In this document: positions 1 through 14,012 of the stretch, in pieces
How positions within the stretch are numbered: the stretch's first letter is position 1
Layout of the letters: the number at the start of each line of letters is the position of its first letter
Source of the DNA: Eledone cirrhosa
Taxonomy: Eukaryota
Length of the DNA stretch: 64,000 nucleotides
Assembly: GCA_964016885.1 (NCBI GenBank)
Contig: OZ024741.1
Span: 288,982,001 to 289,046,000, forward strand
Reading direction: 5' to 3'
Notes under the pieces: model-generated
What the model was told of the DNA's origin: nothing
What the model saw: only the letters and a program-made list of their open reading frames with translations
Database searches by the model: none
Made by a program: the position numbers and the translations under genes

Positions 1-135
1 TATATATAATTTCAATCAGGGGTAACCACTGTAAGTAAGGTACTCACTCAATACATAGCAGAGTATAAATATTTAATATAGAAATGGCTTCTACGGGACT
101 ACAACTGTTTCATTCGGGAGAAATCATCATGAAGC

Positions 136-188
<53 letters not shown>

Positions 189-493
189 CATACATACATA
201 TATATATATACACACATATATATATATATATAATTACTTCAGTGTAATTACTTATTACGAAAGAACGAGCTCTCACTATGTAAACAGAAATAATGCGCAA
301 GAGGTATTCCTCAATATTTCATAATTTACTTCTTTTATTACCGTCATATATATATTTCGGTGATAGCCACAATTCAACAGCTATAAACTCTTCAGACAGT
401 TAGAAGCAACACAATGAAGACAAAGTTTTTCTTGGGGTAAAACTTATATGAGAGAAAAGTAAAGCTTGATCTTATATTTGTGTTTAACATTTG

Positions 494-550
494 TTATTAT
501 CTCCGATGAATTTGGCCTTGTGCTCGGATGAAACGATCGTCAGTTATTAA
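494..550 (+). ncRNA. Degenerate minimal type I hammerhead ribozyme motif
   Basis: CCGATGA core (503-509, U4>C). Stem II atttgg/tcggat. GAAAC-GATC-GTC with palindromic stem III ACGATCGT. Stem I ttattatct/agttattaa pairs at 7 of 9 positions. Confidence 0.55.
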
Positions 551-592
551 ACGTTTGAAGGATTAAACACTTTTTGATTATCATTTACATTC

Positions 593-635
<43 letters not shown>

Positions 636-892
636 TCAGCGATAAAACATGAGGAAAAGGGATAAGAGAAAGAAAGAAATATAAAGAATAGATTAAATGA
701 AATTCTAAATTTTTAGAGAGATTTAATCTCAGATAAACAGCTGAACGACTCAAAAGATTGCCATTCTGTGCAGTAAATATACCATATCTGTTAGACACGC
801 AATGACTAACAACAGAATGTTTTAAGTCTGCGTGTCTGACATATATGCGTAGCTTGTGAATAAAAAATTCAAGCGGTGTCGCTGGCCGTGGT

Positions 893-1122
893 GATCACGT
901 CTTATTGGCTAATTTCATCGTCTTATTGGCTAATGAACCAACGAGAGTAATTGTTGCTCAAAGGCATCCGCCATTTTGTTTGCACGTTTATTTATCGTTT
1001 CACTTTCGAATCTTCCTCCTGTACTTCGTCGTTTATCATCAAACTATTTTTCTCGTTATGGTAAGTTATATTGTTAATTTATATATGATTCTTAAAATTT
1101 ATATTAACTATTTTTTTTTCAG
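893..1122 (+). promoter_or_regulatory. Promoter-like segment followed by ATG and a 62-nt GT-AG intron (probably a PLE leader)
   Basis: Two tandem cgtcttattggctaat (reverse CCAAT) motifs and CCGCCATTTT (YY1-like, ~968). ATG 1058-1060 is directly followed by GTAAGT (1061) ... ttaac ... tttttttttcAG (1122). Confidence 0.4.
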
Positions 1123-1510
1123 TTCGTTATAACAAGCTTATAATATTGGTTGTATCATATTTACTTGTATATTTGCCCATATTATTGTTCGTTTTATGTT
1201 AGATTATTTTATTATTATTATTATGTTAGATTATTTTTTTATTATTATGTTAGACTATTTGTATTTAATATTTAATTTTTATTAATTCAACTATAACAAT
1301 TATTATGTAAAATATATTTATTTAATATTGATTGTTTTTTGTAGTTGCTTATATTAAAAGTCTAAAAATATTTTTATACATCTTACAATAATATTTATAA
1401 GATCATTTATAAAATAACAATTATATAATCTAATTACATTACAACGATAATTTATTATTAATATATATCATGTTTAACTAGAGTTATTACAAGCGTTGCT
1501 TTAAAAAAAA

Positions 1511-1968
1511 TATTAAACTAGACCTGAAAAATGCGCAAGCTCAAAAGAGCCACAGAATGTTATAATAAACCTTTAAAAGTGTGGGTGGGACTATAGTTGT
1601 TGCTCAAAAATATTGTAATCATTATCTACGTACACTCTGTGGCATCCTTTTATAAAAAAGAGACACATAACGAACTCAAGACGACACGATAATTATTTAA
1701 GTGAATTTATAATATAGAATTCGGTTTAAGTGCATTTCGTATTAATCATTACTAAACATCTAATATGAGATATTGAACATTAGCTTAAATAATTATCGTG
1801 TCGTCTTGAGTTCATTATGAGTCTCTTTTTTATAAAAGGATGCCACAGAGTGTACGTAGATAATGATTACAATATTTTTGAACAACAACTCTAGTCTCAC
1901 ACTTTTGAAGGTTTATTATAACGTTTTGTAGCTCTTTTGAGCTTGCGCATTTTTCAGGTCTAGTAATA
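1511..1968. repeat. Long inverted repeat (arms ~1511-1702 and ~1783-1968)
   Basis: actagacctgaaaaatgcgcaagctc...gacgacacgataattatttaag is the reverse complement of cttaaataattatcgtgtcgtc...gagcttgcgcatttttcaggtctagt, with scattered mismatches. Confidence 0.9.
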
Positions 1969-2125
1969 TATATATATAGCAAAATGTTAGATGTATATGG
2001 CAAAAAACAACCATCAGAAAAACAAGTTCACTTTATTTAAAAGTGGCAATAGTAATTCATAAAAAAATACATATATATTTCCTCAGACACACACAATATA
2101 AATAAATAAATAAATAATTATATAT

Positions 2126-3331
2126 CAGGGTTGATCATAAGATTATACTGAAAAAAACTATCCAATATTGGTGTCTCTGGAAAGTTACTACAATGGATCA
2201 AATGTTTCCTGACAGACAGAACCCAACATGTTGTAGTCGAAGGAGTAAAACCAATCCCTGCCAAAATCAGCAGTGGCGTCCCACAAGGCACTATGTTGGG
2301 CCCACTTCTTTTCATCGTCTACATTAATGACATTACTGACATCAGCAAGCACAGCAACATAAGTAACTTCGCAGACGATTCCAAGCTCCAAAGGGTCATC
2401 AATGAGGTGGGTGACCGGACATTCCTTCAGTCAGACCTACTGGATGTTATCCAATGGGCAGAAAACAATAATATGCTGTTGAATGAGGATAAGTTTGAAT
2501 TAATCCACTTTGGAAAAGAGGATGCCCTGAAACTCCTATACTCCCTTCCTTCAGGTGAAACTTTCGTGGCATCCCACAACATCAGAAACCTGGGAGTAAT
2601 TGTGGACAACAACATAAGCTGGGCCACTCATACAAATAGCAAAGTTGACGTGGCCCGCAGAATGTGTTCCTGGATTCTCAGAACTTTCCAGTCGAGAGAT
2701 ATCCACACTGTTATACTTCTCTTCTCCACTTTTGCCTGACCCCACCTTGAATACTGTTGTCCACTGTGGTCTCCCCACACGAAACAAAGTATCATGAAAG
2801 TTGAAGCACTCCAAAGATCGATTACAAAATAGATAGATGGCATGACAGGCCTTGACTATTGGCGTCGATTAGAAAAGCTCAACCTTTATTCTCTCCAACG
2901 TCGCCTTGAGCGCTACATTATCTGCATGATGTGGAAAATATTCCATCAGCTTTGCCCAAATAATGTTGGCATCACCTTTAATTTACACCCAAGGCTTGGG
3001 CCTCGTGCTATACGCCCACGACAAAAATCTCACTCGCATCTCATAACAACAATACTACACAATTATTTCACCTCAATTGGCCCTGCACTCTTATACGAAA
3101 ACACATCAAAACAGAAGCAGACCCATCAAGTTCAAGTAGTCTTTGAACAAATTCCTTCAAGAAATCCCGGATAAGCTTCCTACACCCAGATATGCCTCCG
3201 TAAACAATAACTCTCTGCTCGAGTGGGCCATGGTGCCCAAACACTGATTTGTAAGACTTCGCCAGGTGGTGCTATTAAGTTATACATGGCCTGGGCCGAT
3301 ACTGGCTGAAACCTATCAAAGTTATCAAAGT

Positions 3332-3333
<2 letters not shown>
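2126..3333 (+). mobile_element. 5'-truncated CR1-like LINE (RT C-terminal half and 3' end), disrupted
   Basis: SGVPQGTMLGPLLFIVYINDI, FADDSKL, HLEYCCPLWSP, LQRR motifs with stops and frameshifts. Colinear and highly similar to 7508-8700. Ends in atcaaagtta followed by (TA)n. Confidence 0.9.
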
Positions 3334-4711
<1,378 letters not shown>

Positions 4712-5676
4712 TATGAATGAAAATAGACCGAGAAACGGGACTGTCCATCATCAGTAGTCTGCTGATTATCATTGGTATTTCTTCTCATTAAAGACTAGAT
4801 ACCTTAAAATCAGTGCGAACGATAACTAAAATAAGTTATCGGGACAGAACGAATTGGAAGGGGAAAGTAAACAAAAAACATGGTAGTAATGCAACGTAAA
4901 GAGAGGAAAAGAGAGACAAGTCAATGAATCTTGTGGACTTAAGTTCGAACAAATCAATCGACGAGAAGAGGCAAACATGTCCGAGCCACGCGAAAAGGGA
5001 GAGAGAAAAGGATTTCTCACAGGTCAGACGGGAGGATCCCTTATAATTTATTTTAGTTATCGCTCGCACTGATTTTGGGGTATCTAGTCTTTAATACGAA
5101 GAAATACCAATGATAATCAGCAGACTACTGATGATGGACAGTCCCGTTTCTCGGTCTATTTTCATTCATATGTATCACTCTCGCAACAACGCAGCACGCC
5201 ATTTTTTCATTCACATATGTTTTCCCCTCGCTGTGGTTCGTATTTTTTCTATCACCTTACTACTATCCTCTTTCTCTCTCCCCCTTCTATCTTCTTGTAC
5301 CTCTTGCTTTCTTTCAACTCCTCTGCTGGTCACACACTCTCGGCTGGCCTCTTCCTCACACTTTCACTCACTCACTCACTCTCTGCTTCTCCCCCCTCTC
5401 ACTTCCTCCCGTCTGAACTGTGTGAAATCCTTTTCTCTCTCACTTTTCGCGTGGCTCGGACATGTTTGCCTCTTCTTGTCGATTGATTTGTTCGGACTTA
5501 AGTCCACAAGATTCATTGACTTGTCTCTCTTACGTTGCATTAATACCATGTTGTTTTTTTACGTTCCCCTTCCAATTCGCTCTGTCCCGATAAGTTATTT
5601 TAGTTATCGCTCGCACTGATTTTCAGGTATCTAGTCTTTAATGCTAAGAAATACCAATGATAATCAGCAGACTACT
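4712..5676 (+). mobile_element. Non-autonomous PLE-like unit: inverted copy (4712-5035) plus partial tandem with ~548-bp period
   Basis: 5046-5171 and 5404-5675 are reverse complements of parts of 4712-5035. ttttagttatcgctcgcactg recurs at ~5051 and ~5598. Contains ctgatga and CGCCATTTT. Confidence 0.65.
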
Positions 5677-8600
5677 TTCAACATTCAAAACCAGCCACCA
5701 CACTCTTACTCAATACACAAGGTATCAGCCCATCCATCAATGCACAGAAATGGAAGATCCAATTCATTGAGGATTGGGTTGGTAACCATCCATTTCACAT
5801 CCCCTTCCTCATCCTTACTGAGACCCACCTTGACAACTCCCACTTGGAGGCCGAAGTAAGAGTGATAAATTTCACAACCATCCGTGCGGATCGTGTTGGC
5901 AGAAGGAAGGGTGGAACTGCTATTTTCCTGCATGATTGATTCCTTTACGGCAGATGGCAACACAACATTCTCTAATGGATACTGTGAATCAGTCACTGTG
6001 CGCAATAAAGCCAATGACCTGACATTAGTTGAGCTCTATAGGACACCACAAACACCCATAATCTGCTTCAAAGAATGCCTCAACAGTATTAAATGCTTTA
6101 TTAAACAGTGCCATTCTAGCAACATACTTTTGATGGGAGACTTTAATCTACCCTGTGTCGATTGGTCTACATGTAGTTTGAAACCAGGCTCCACAGCCTC
6201 AACCACTGACAAAGAGGCTGTCGAGTCACTTCTTGACTTCATGAATGAGTTTTTCTTGTCCCAACTTGTCCTTGCACTGACGAGGCATCAGAAGAACATT
6301 CTGGGTCTAGTGTTTAGTAACCACACTAACACTATACATAATATTACAGTGGAAAAAACCCTTCTCTCAGACCATGACATGGTTCTTTGTAACCTGTGAT
6401 TCCACCAGCCGAAAGCCAATCCCAGGGTCCTCTCTCCAGCCCACCCATTTGATAACATGGATCTCTACAATGCCAACTGGGATGCAATTATGAACGAACT
6501 ATCACATGTCGACTGGTCTTTTACACACGCACACACTTCCACCAACATCAAAACATCTTGGCAGATCTTTGTAGACACTGTCACAAATATATGTACAAAA
6601 AACACCCCACCAACCTGTAAACAAAACCAAGTGCAGTATCCCCCAAAACAAAAACAATTATCAGAAAAAAAAAAGAAGAAACAAAAAAATTAACACACTA
6701 AAATACTGCCAACAGCAACACACACATTCAATGGCTATCACCCTGCTTGAGTCAAAAAAATATAACCTCCAGCAATGCATGATGACCATCATCAATAACC
6801 AGAGAATAGCTGAAGAGAGGTGGGCTATTGAGAAAATCAAACTCAACCCCAAAGTGTTCTTTTCATTTGCTAAAAAACACAAGGTCACCGTCCCACTGTT
6901 GGCCCCCTAGTTGATGAAAATGGCACACTCCAGGACAATGCCAAAACCATGGGCGAGATACTGCAGAAACAATACTGCTCTGTTTTCAGCAATCCTGATA
7001 TGGCCGATATGGGCTGTATCAGTGATGTTAATCCCCAACACACTATATCAGGCATAACGTTTGACGCCTCTGATGTCTTAGCCGCAATAAACGAAATTAA
7101 ACACAATTCAGTAGTAGGCTCTGACAGGTTCCCTGCTTGTGTCTTGAAGGTGTGTCGACACCAACTTGCATCTCCCCTTGCTAATCTGTGGAGGAACTCA
7201 CTGGACACTGGCTATATTCCTGAAAACTTTCTGTCCCAGTCTTCAAAAAGGGAAATAAGTCCCTTGCAGTGAACTACCGTCCGATCTCACTCACCTCTCA
7301 TATTATCAAGGTATTTGAGAGGGTGGTGAGATCACGAATAACCCACTTTCTTGAAAGCAACGGCCTGCTGAACTCCAACCAACATGGGTTTCGTAATGGA
7401 AGAGACTGCCTAACGCAGCTCCTGCATCACTTTGACGATGTTTTGAGAGCCTTGGGAGAGGGCTCCAACACTGATGTCATCTACATTGACTTCAGCAAGG
7501 CCATCGACAGAGTTGATCATAAGATTCTACTGAAAAAACTATCCAATATTGGTGTCTCTGGAAGGTTACTACAGTGGATCAAATGTTTCCTGACAGGCAG
7601 AACCCAGCATGTTGTAGTCAAAGGAGTAAAATCAAGCCCTGCCAAAGTCAGCAGTGGCGTCCCACAAGGCACTGTGTTCGGCCAACTTCTTTTCATCATC
7701 TACATTAATGACATTACTGACATCATCAAGCACAGCAACATGAGAATCTTCGCAGACGATTCCAAGCTCCAAAGGGTCATCAATGAGGTGGGTGACCGGA
7801 CTTGCTTTCTGTCAGACCTACTGGCTGTTATCCAATGGGCAGAAATGAATAATATGCTGTTGAATGAAGATAAATTTGAATTAATCCACTTTGGAAAAAA
7901 GGATGCCCTGAAACTACCATACTCTCTTCCTTCAGGTGAAACTCTAGTGACATCCAATAACATCAGAGACCTGGGAGTAATTGTGGACAACATAAGCTGG
8001 GCCACTGATATAAACAGAAAAGTTGATATGGCCCGCAGAATGTGTTCCTGGATTCTTAGAACTTTCCAGTCGAGAGATATTCACACTGTTATCCTTCTCT
8101 TCTCCACTTTTGCCCGACCCCCACCTTGAATACTGTTGTCCACTGTGGTCTCCCCACACGAAACAAAGTATCATGAAAGTTGAAGCACCCCAAAGCTCAA
8201 TTACAAAAAAGATAGATGGCATGACAGGCCTTGACTATTGGAGTCGATTAGAAAAGCTCAAACTTTATTCTCTCCAACGTCGCCGTGAGCGCTACATTAT
8301 CTGCATGATGTGGAAAATATTCCATCAGCTTTGCTCAAATGATGTTGGCATCACCTTTAGTGTACAACCAAGGCTTGGGCCCGGCGCTATCCGCCCACGA
8401 CAAAAATCTCACTCGCATCATATAACAACAATACGGCACAATTATTTCACCTCAATTGGTCCTGCACTCTTTAACATTACACCAAGACACATCAAAGCAG
8501 AACAGACCCCATCAAGTTCAAGAAGTCTTTGGATAAATTCCTTCAAGAAATCCCGGATAAGCCTCCGTAAACAATAACTCTCTGCTGGAGTGGGCCATGG

Positions 8601-8700
8601 TGCCCAAACACTGATTTGTAAGACTTCGCCAGGTGGTGCTATTAAGTTAGACATAGCCTGGGCCAATACTGGCCGAAACCTAACAAACTTATCAAAGTTA
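5677..8700 (+). mobile_element. CR1-like LINE ORF2 (APE endonuclease and RT) plus 3' end, multiply frameshifted
   Basis: APE motifs LLNTQG, LTETHL, RADR, MGDFNLP, LSDHD. RT motifs NYRPISLTS, QHGFR, YIDFSKA, GVPQG, FADD. Ends in atcaaagtta followed by (TA)n. Confidence 0.92.
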
Positions 8701-8710
8701 TATATATATA

Positions 8711-11190
8711 AAATGGAATTACCGAGCTTAATGAATCTACAGGAATACTCATCTATGCCGACAAAACCAACAACCTTTACAGCATGTACGTTCAACTTTA
8801 CCATGAGCTAATCCTCAGGGAATTGAGAAAAAGCTACAAAAAAAAAACGCCGAGGCCACCCTGGAGGATATCAACATCAAGGCTTATGAGATCGTTTCTG
8901 GTCTTGGTATAGATGATAGGACGGCCCCATACTAACCAAGGGAGCCGAGGATTACCATTAAGGACCACAAACCAAACTTCGAGTCTAACCTGCCGGTCAG
9001 ACTGTTAGCCCCCTCCCGGTCGGACATGGGGATTATTAGCAAAAGCCTTTTAGATAGAATCCTGCCCACACTTAAGAGTAAAATAAGGTTACAACTCTGG
9101 TCCTGCACCAGCCAGGTGCTGGACTGGTTTACATTTTTACCTGAAAAACATAGGACTAGCTTCATACAACTAAACATCAATAATTACTACTCCTCTATCT
9201 CGCTCATAGTCCTGAACAAGGCACTCATATTGGCGATGAATAGGACAGACCTAACACGCGACGAGGTCCGAATCATACACGCCGCCAGAAAGACCCTGAT
9301 CCGATTCGGTGGGAATATATGGACCCAGAGCGACTGGCCAAATAATGTTGACATTACAATGGGCTCCAGTGACTCCGCGCAGCTAACGGACTTGGTTGGG
9401 ATATACATACTCTACGAGATCAGGAGAGAAATACCCAACCTGGGCGGCGGGCTGTACCGAGACGACGCACTCTTCACCGTAGTGGACCACAGCACCACAA
9501 TGGTCGAAAATATGAAGAGGAGAATTAGGCACTTCTTTAGCAAGGTAGGACTTAAGGTAGAGATGGAACCCAATAGAAAAGTAGTGAATTTCCTGGACAC
9601 TACCCTCAACCTCAACACCAAGCTACACCACCCATATCATAAACCCAATGAGAAACTGGTGTATATCAACGCTGAGTCTAACCATCCTAGAACTATAGTT
9701 AAGGCCGTAGTTAAGAGTGTCTCTGACAGGATCTCTACTTGTCAGCCAATGAAGAGATCTTCAATAGTAACGCTGACTACTATAACTCAGCTCTAGCTAA
9801 GGCGTCCCACAGCGATAGGATCAGCTATAACCCTAAGGGACATGATCGAGATGAACCAAGGGTACCCCAGACCAATACCCTCAGGGGCATGAGTCGCCCA
9901 CCTAATACCTCGGTGACCGGTAGTAACACTCCCAGACCCCTATCCGTCACCACACCCGGTAGAAGGTCGCGCATATGCCACCGGTCAACGCTGAAGACCA
10001 CTGTGCTGCGGAGCATAGGCACCCCTGCACCGGCTCCACCTCCTGCCGAATCCTAATTGAGCAGGGAGGCCGCACCTCGCAAGTTTATATCCCCACGGTG
10101 GGCCTATATAACCCTCATGATAGTGACCGCTCCGCACACCAAAGTGACACCAACCGAGCTCGACCTGAGCTGTGCACAACCACGCGATGGCCCACGGCGA
10201 ACACCCAACCACCCCGCAAGAATAGGACCAGGAAGGTCACATGGTATAACCCTCCGTACTCGATGGGTCTACGTACCAGCCTGGCTAGAACATTCTTTAG
10301 AGTACTGGATATATGTTTCCCTAGGGCCCATAAGTACCATAAAATATTCAACAGGCACACGGTGAAACTTTCCTACTCGACCACACGCTCCGTAGCCCAG
10401 CACATAGCTGGGATAGATAGAAATAGGCTCACTGCCTCTAATACCACCGTAAACCCCGGAGCCACCCAACAGAACCAGCACGCGGGACGCATCGGAACCC
10501 GAACAGGCCCAACTAGCACACCGGAACTCAACGACCCTGTGCTGATTGCGGAGGCTACCCAGCCAACTCCGAGTGATGCTAACCACGCGGTACATGTGGT
10601 GGGGTTTAAGAAGTCATGTAATTGCAGAGACCCGTCGTTATGCCCCCTTAGTAATGAATGCATGACCAAAAACGTGGTCTACAGGTGCAAGGTCACAACC
10701 CCTAACTCGGAGCACCACTACATAGGATCCACAGCGACGAGCTTCAAAGCTCTGTGGTATAACCATCGCCATTCTTTTAACAGAATAGATAAGAGGAAAT
10801 GTACGGCCCTTTCTGAATTGATCTGGAAGCTCAATCTTGAAAAGACCCCGCACTCTCTGGTCTGGTCCGTGGTTAGAAAGGTTCCCCCAGACAGAGGCGG
10901 GTCTGGTATTTGCAACCTCTGTCTTAGTGAGACACTCGAGTTTCTTCATGGCGGAACCAAGCAATTAAACAGAAGGGCACACTTATTCAGTGCCTGCAGA
11001 CACCTAAGGACGGGAACTTTCCTCAATCTATATGGATAAACCCCGGTTACGGCTTCCCACAAGTCCCCTACGTACCAATGACCAATGGACAACAACAACC
11101 ACCCATGGTTTGCGGTCCCTATGGTGGATGGTCCACCGGATCCTCTACTGGTTAGGAGTCATCTAAACAATGTTTTATTGAACCTGATTT
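8711..11190 (+). mobile_element. Penelope-like element (RT and C-terminal GIY-YIG; Hydra-clade-like), 5'-truncated with few lesions
   Basis: ADKTNNLY, KDHKPNF, DITMGSSDSAQ, GLYRDD, FLD, SNHP, WYNPPYS, KLSYS, CNCRDPSLC (CxCx5C), VVY...YIGST, CNLC. Stop at ~8933 and frameshifts near 9740 and 10050. Flanked by (TA)n on both sides. Confidence 0.88.
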
Positions 11191-11260
11191 TATATATATA
11201 TATATGTATATATGTATCATGTGTATATATATGTGTATTTTATATGTGTATGTATGCGTA

Positions 11261-13090
11261 TTTGAACATATGTTCCTTAAGGGTTAATTTTATGCTGGCC
11301 CCCACCGCATGTGCAATCATTTTCTTTAGTTCATCGTGGTTTTCGGGGGTCCGTATGGCTCTGGTCCACCCGTTCCATCTATCTGTGTGGGTTTTCTTGG
11401 CCATTGAGGTAATGGTAGGTGGTCTGCCTCTTGCTGGTCTTGTAGGGCACAGGTTGCTAAGGTCATATGTATCTAGATAATTATTACTATAGGTAAGTTT
11501 AAGCAGGAGTCCCAGCTTTAACGGAAAAACATATGCCCAAGAGGAGGGAGCAGCCATTGGTGTTAGCATTGCAGGCGACATAGCTAACCTATTTATGGTA
11601 TGGTGGGACAGTAGACTTCTTAAACTTAAAGAACAATTAGAAGACCCCTCAACCCTGATAATGTACTCCCGCTACGTTGATGATGTAAACATCGTAGTAA
11701 AAATACCCCCACTAGAGAACAGTCAGGAATTAGAGAAAAACACAATGGAAAGCATCCAGCAAATAGCTAACTCCATCCACCAGAGTATTAGAGTTACTAT
11801 AGACTACCCAAGCAAACACCCCAACCATCGATTACCTGTACTAGACACAGAGCTCTGGTTAGATACCATTAATAACAAAAAACAAATCCTCCATTCCCAT
11901 TATGCCAAACCCATGACTTCCAAATATCTGATCCACCGAAACTCAGCTGTTTCGGACCATACCAAAATCAACATACTGATTGCGGATTTGGTACGGGTGA
12001 TGAGAAACGTGTCCCGCATGTGCAACCCCAAAGAACTAGAGAGACACATACAACACTTCATCCACCGTATGCAGTTCTCTGGTTACAATCAGAGAGATAA
12101 AATCAGAGTATATAGAGGAGCCAGAACCAAGTGGGAAAAAATGGTAAATAATAACACAAATGGGACCTGTCCCTTGTATAGGAGCAAATTTTGGAATAGA
12201 ATAGAAAGAACTAAGAATAAGGCTAATAGAATAAACTCATGGTATGATAGCAATAAATACCAGAGTGTAATGTTCATCGATACAACCCCTAGAGGTGAAT
12301 TAGCTTACAAATTTAGAAGGGCCCTAGATAAACATAAACTCAATATTAAGATAGTAGAAAGACCAGGTACCTCCATAAAAACGCTTATTAGCAATACATA
12401 CCCTTTTCAAAGACCTCCCTATATAGATAAGAAATGTATAATCTGTAAATTAAGCCCCCATATTAACTATAAAATTAGAAATGTAGTATATAGCATAAGA
12501 TGTACTGAAGGACAATGTAGAGATAAAAATATAGTGTACATAGGTGAGACAGCTCGTAGTATAGGGGAACGGATAAATGAACACTGGCGAGACCTTCAAG
12601 TTAGTAAAGAATCATCTGTACTCTACCAACATGCTAAAATAGAACATAAGGGTAAATTAGAGAACATAGAAATAAAAATAGAATCTACACACAGAAAAAA
12701 CGCAATGTTTAGACAAATCACAGAGGCAATAAACATAAATGAACTCCAACCAAAATTAAATAGAAAACATGAATGGAACAGCAACATCACAACTTACAAT
12801 TAAGGACAAAATGAAAACACACACGCACATAGAACAAACAACCAACCAGTAACATGCAAATAAACAAATAAATAAACGAATATAAACACATACGGACATC
12901 CGGATGTAACACATGCGCAAACTAAGCACACAACACACACACAAAAACAAGATGGTGTAGGACAGAACAAAGGAGAGGCACAAAAACAAAGAAAAGAATC
13001 CCAAGTCACTGAAGAGGTCACAGAATGTGTGACGAAAGAACTTTGACAATATATAAACAATCATCTGGTTGTGGAACCAACCAACCAACC
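11261..13090 (+). mobile_element. Penelope-like element (Neptune/Nematis-type) with inverted 5' block (11261-11516 on the minus strand)
   Basis: Open frame 11517-12803: FNGKTYAQEEGAAIG, RYVDD, DYPSKH..LPVLD, CIIC, VVYSIRC..C..YIGET..ERINEH..H, LN. The minus-strand block encodes the immediately upstream RT segment. Confidence 0.88.
13005..13047 (+). ncRNA. Minimal hammerhead ribozyme in the PLE 3' region
   Basis: gtca CTGAAGA g gtcaca-gaatg-tgtgac GAAA g aa c TT tgac. Stem I gtca/tgac, 6-bp stem II. Lies ~200 bp after the PLE stop codon. Confidence 0.7.
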
Positions 13091-13221
13091 GGAAATTTAT
13101 AAATTCCTAAATTTATAAATTTATTATAATTAATTGAAGTGAAAGCAACTGGTGCGTGTGTTTCTTATTGGCAACATGACCCTCCCAAAGTATAACAATA
13201 TATATATATATTTATTAAAAT

Positions 13222-13663
13222 AATATATATATTTAGGTGCGTGTGTATGTGTGTGTTTGAGTGTGTGTGCGTGCATATGAGTGTATGTGTGTGTGTATTG
13301 GGCATAAAACCTGATGTAACATATCATCTCTCCAGCTTGGAATATAGACGATATCATCCAGAAAAGTGATAAAGGATTGTAAAGGACGTGTTGAACTGAT
13401 GTTTTGTTTACCAACTCAGAAAAAGGAAATGCGAAGTTTTAACTCGGTGAAATTCGAACACAAAGAGTCAGATTGATTACATCAATTGATTATATCAATT
13501 GATTACAAAGAATCGCTGCTTTCACCCTGTGAAAGCAGCGATTCTTTGCTTAAACTTTCATCTGTTATTTTAATAAATATTTGCTCTACGGTTCTTATAT
13601 ATTTGATATATATTTATCCTTATCGAGCCCTCTTTGGATTTTAGTCTACAAATTTATTATTAT

Positions 13664-13736
<73 letters not shown>

Positions 13737-14012
13737 ATCAATTGATGTAATCAATCTGATTCTTTGTGTTCGAATTTCACCCAGTTAAAACTTCGCATTT
13801 CCTTTATCTGAGTTGGTAAACAAAACATCAGTTCAATACGTCCTTTACAATCCTTTCTCACTTTTCTGGATGATATCGTCTATATTCCAAGCTGGAGAGA
13901 TGATATGTTACATCAGGTTTTATGCCCAATACACACACACATACACTCATATGCACGTACGCACGCACACTCAAACACACACACACATACACACACACCT
14001 AAATATATATAT
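13222..14012. repeat. Long inverted repeat (arms ~13222-13506 and ~13733-14012) with an internal hairpin at 13507-13548
   Basis: ttgggcataaaacctgatgtaac...gattgattacatcaattgatt is mirrored by aatcaattgatgtaatcaatc...gttacatcaggttttatgcccaa. Inner hairpin aaagaatcgctgctttcac-cct-gtgaaagcagcgattcttt. Confidence 0.9.

Noticed and set aside
1835-1865. Possible HHR in the 1511-1968 inverted repeat (ggatgccacagagtgtacgta)
   Set aside because: Neither CUGANGA nor GAAA core is present.
8900-12803. Selenocysteine-type in-frame TGA readthrough in the PLEs
   Set aside because: The in-frame stop I found is TAA (~8933) and the other lesions are frameshifts. No TGA was seen at a conserved Cys position.
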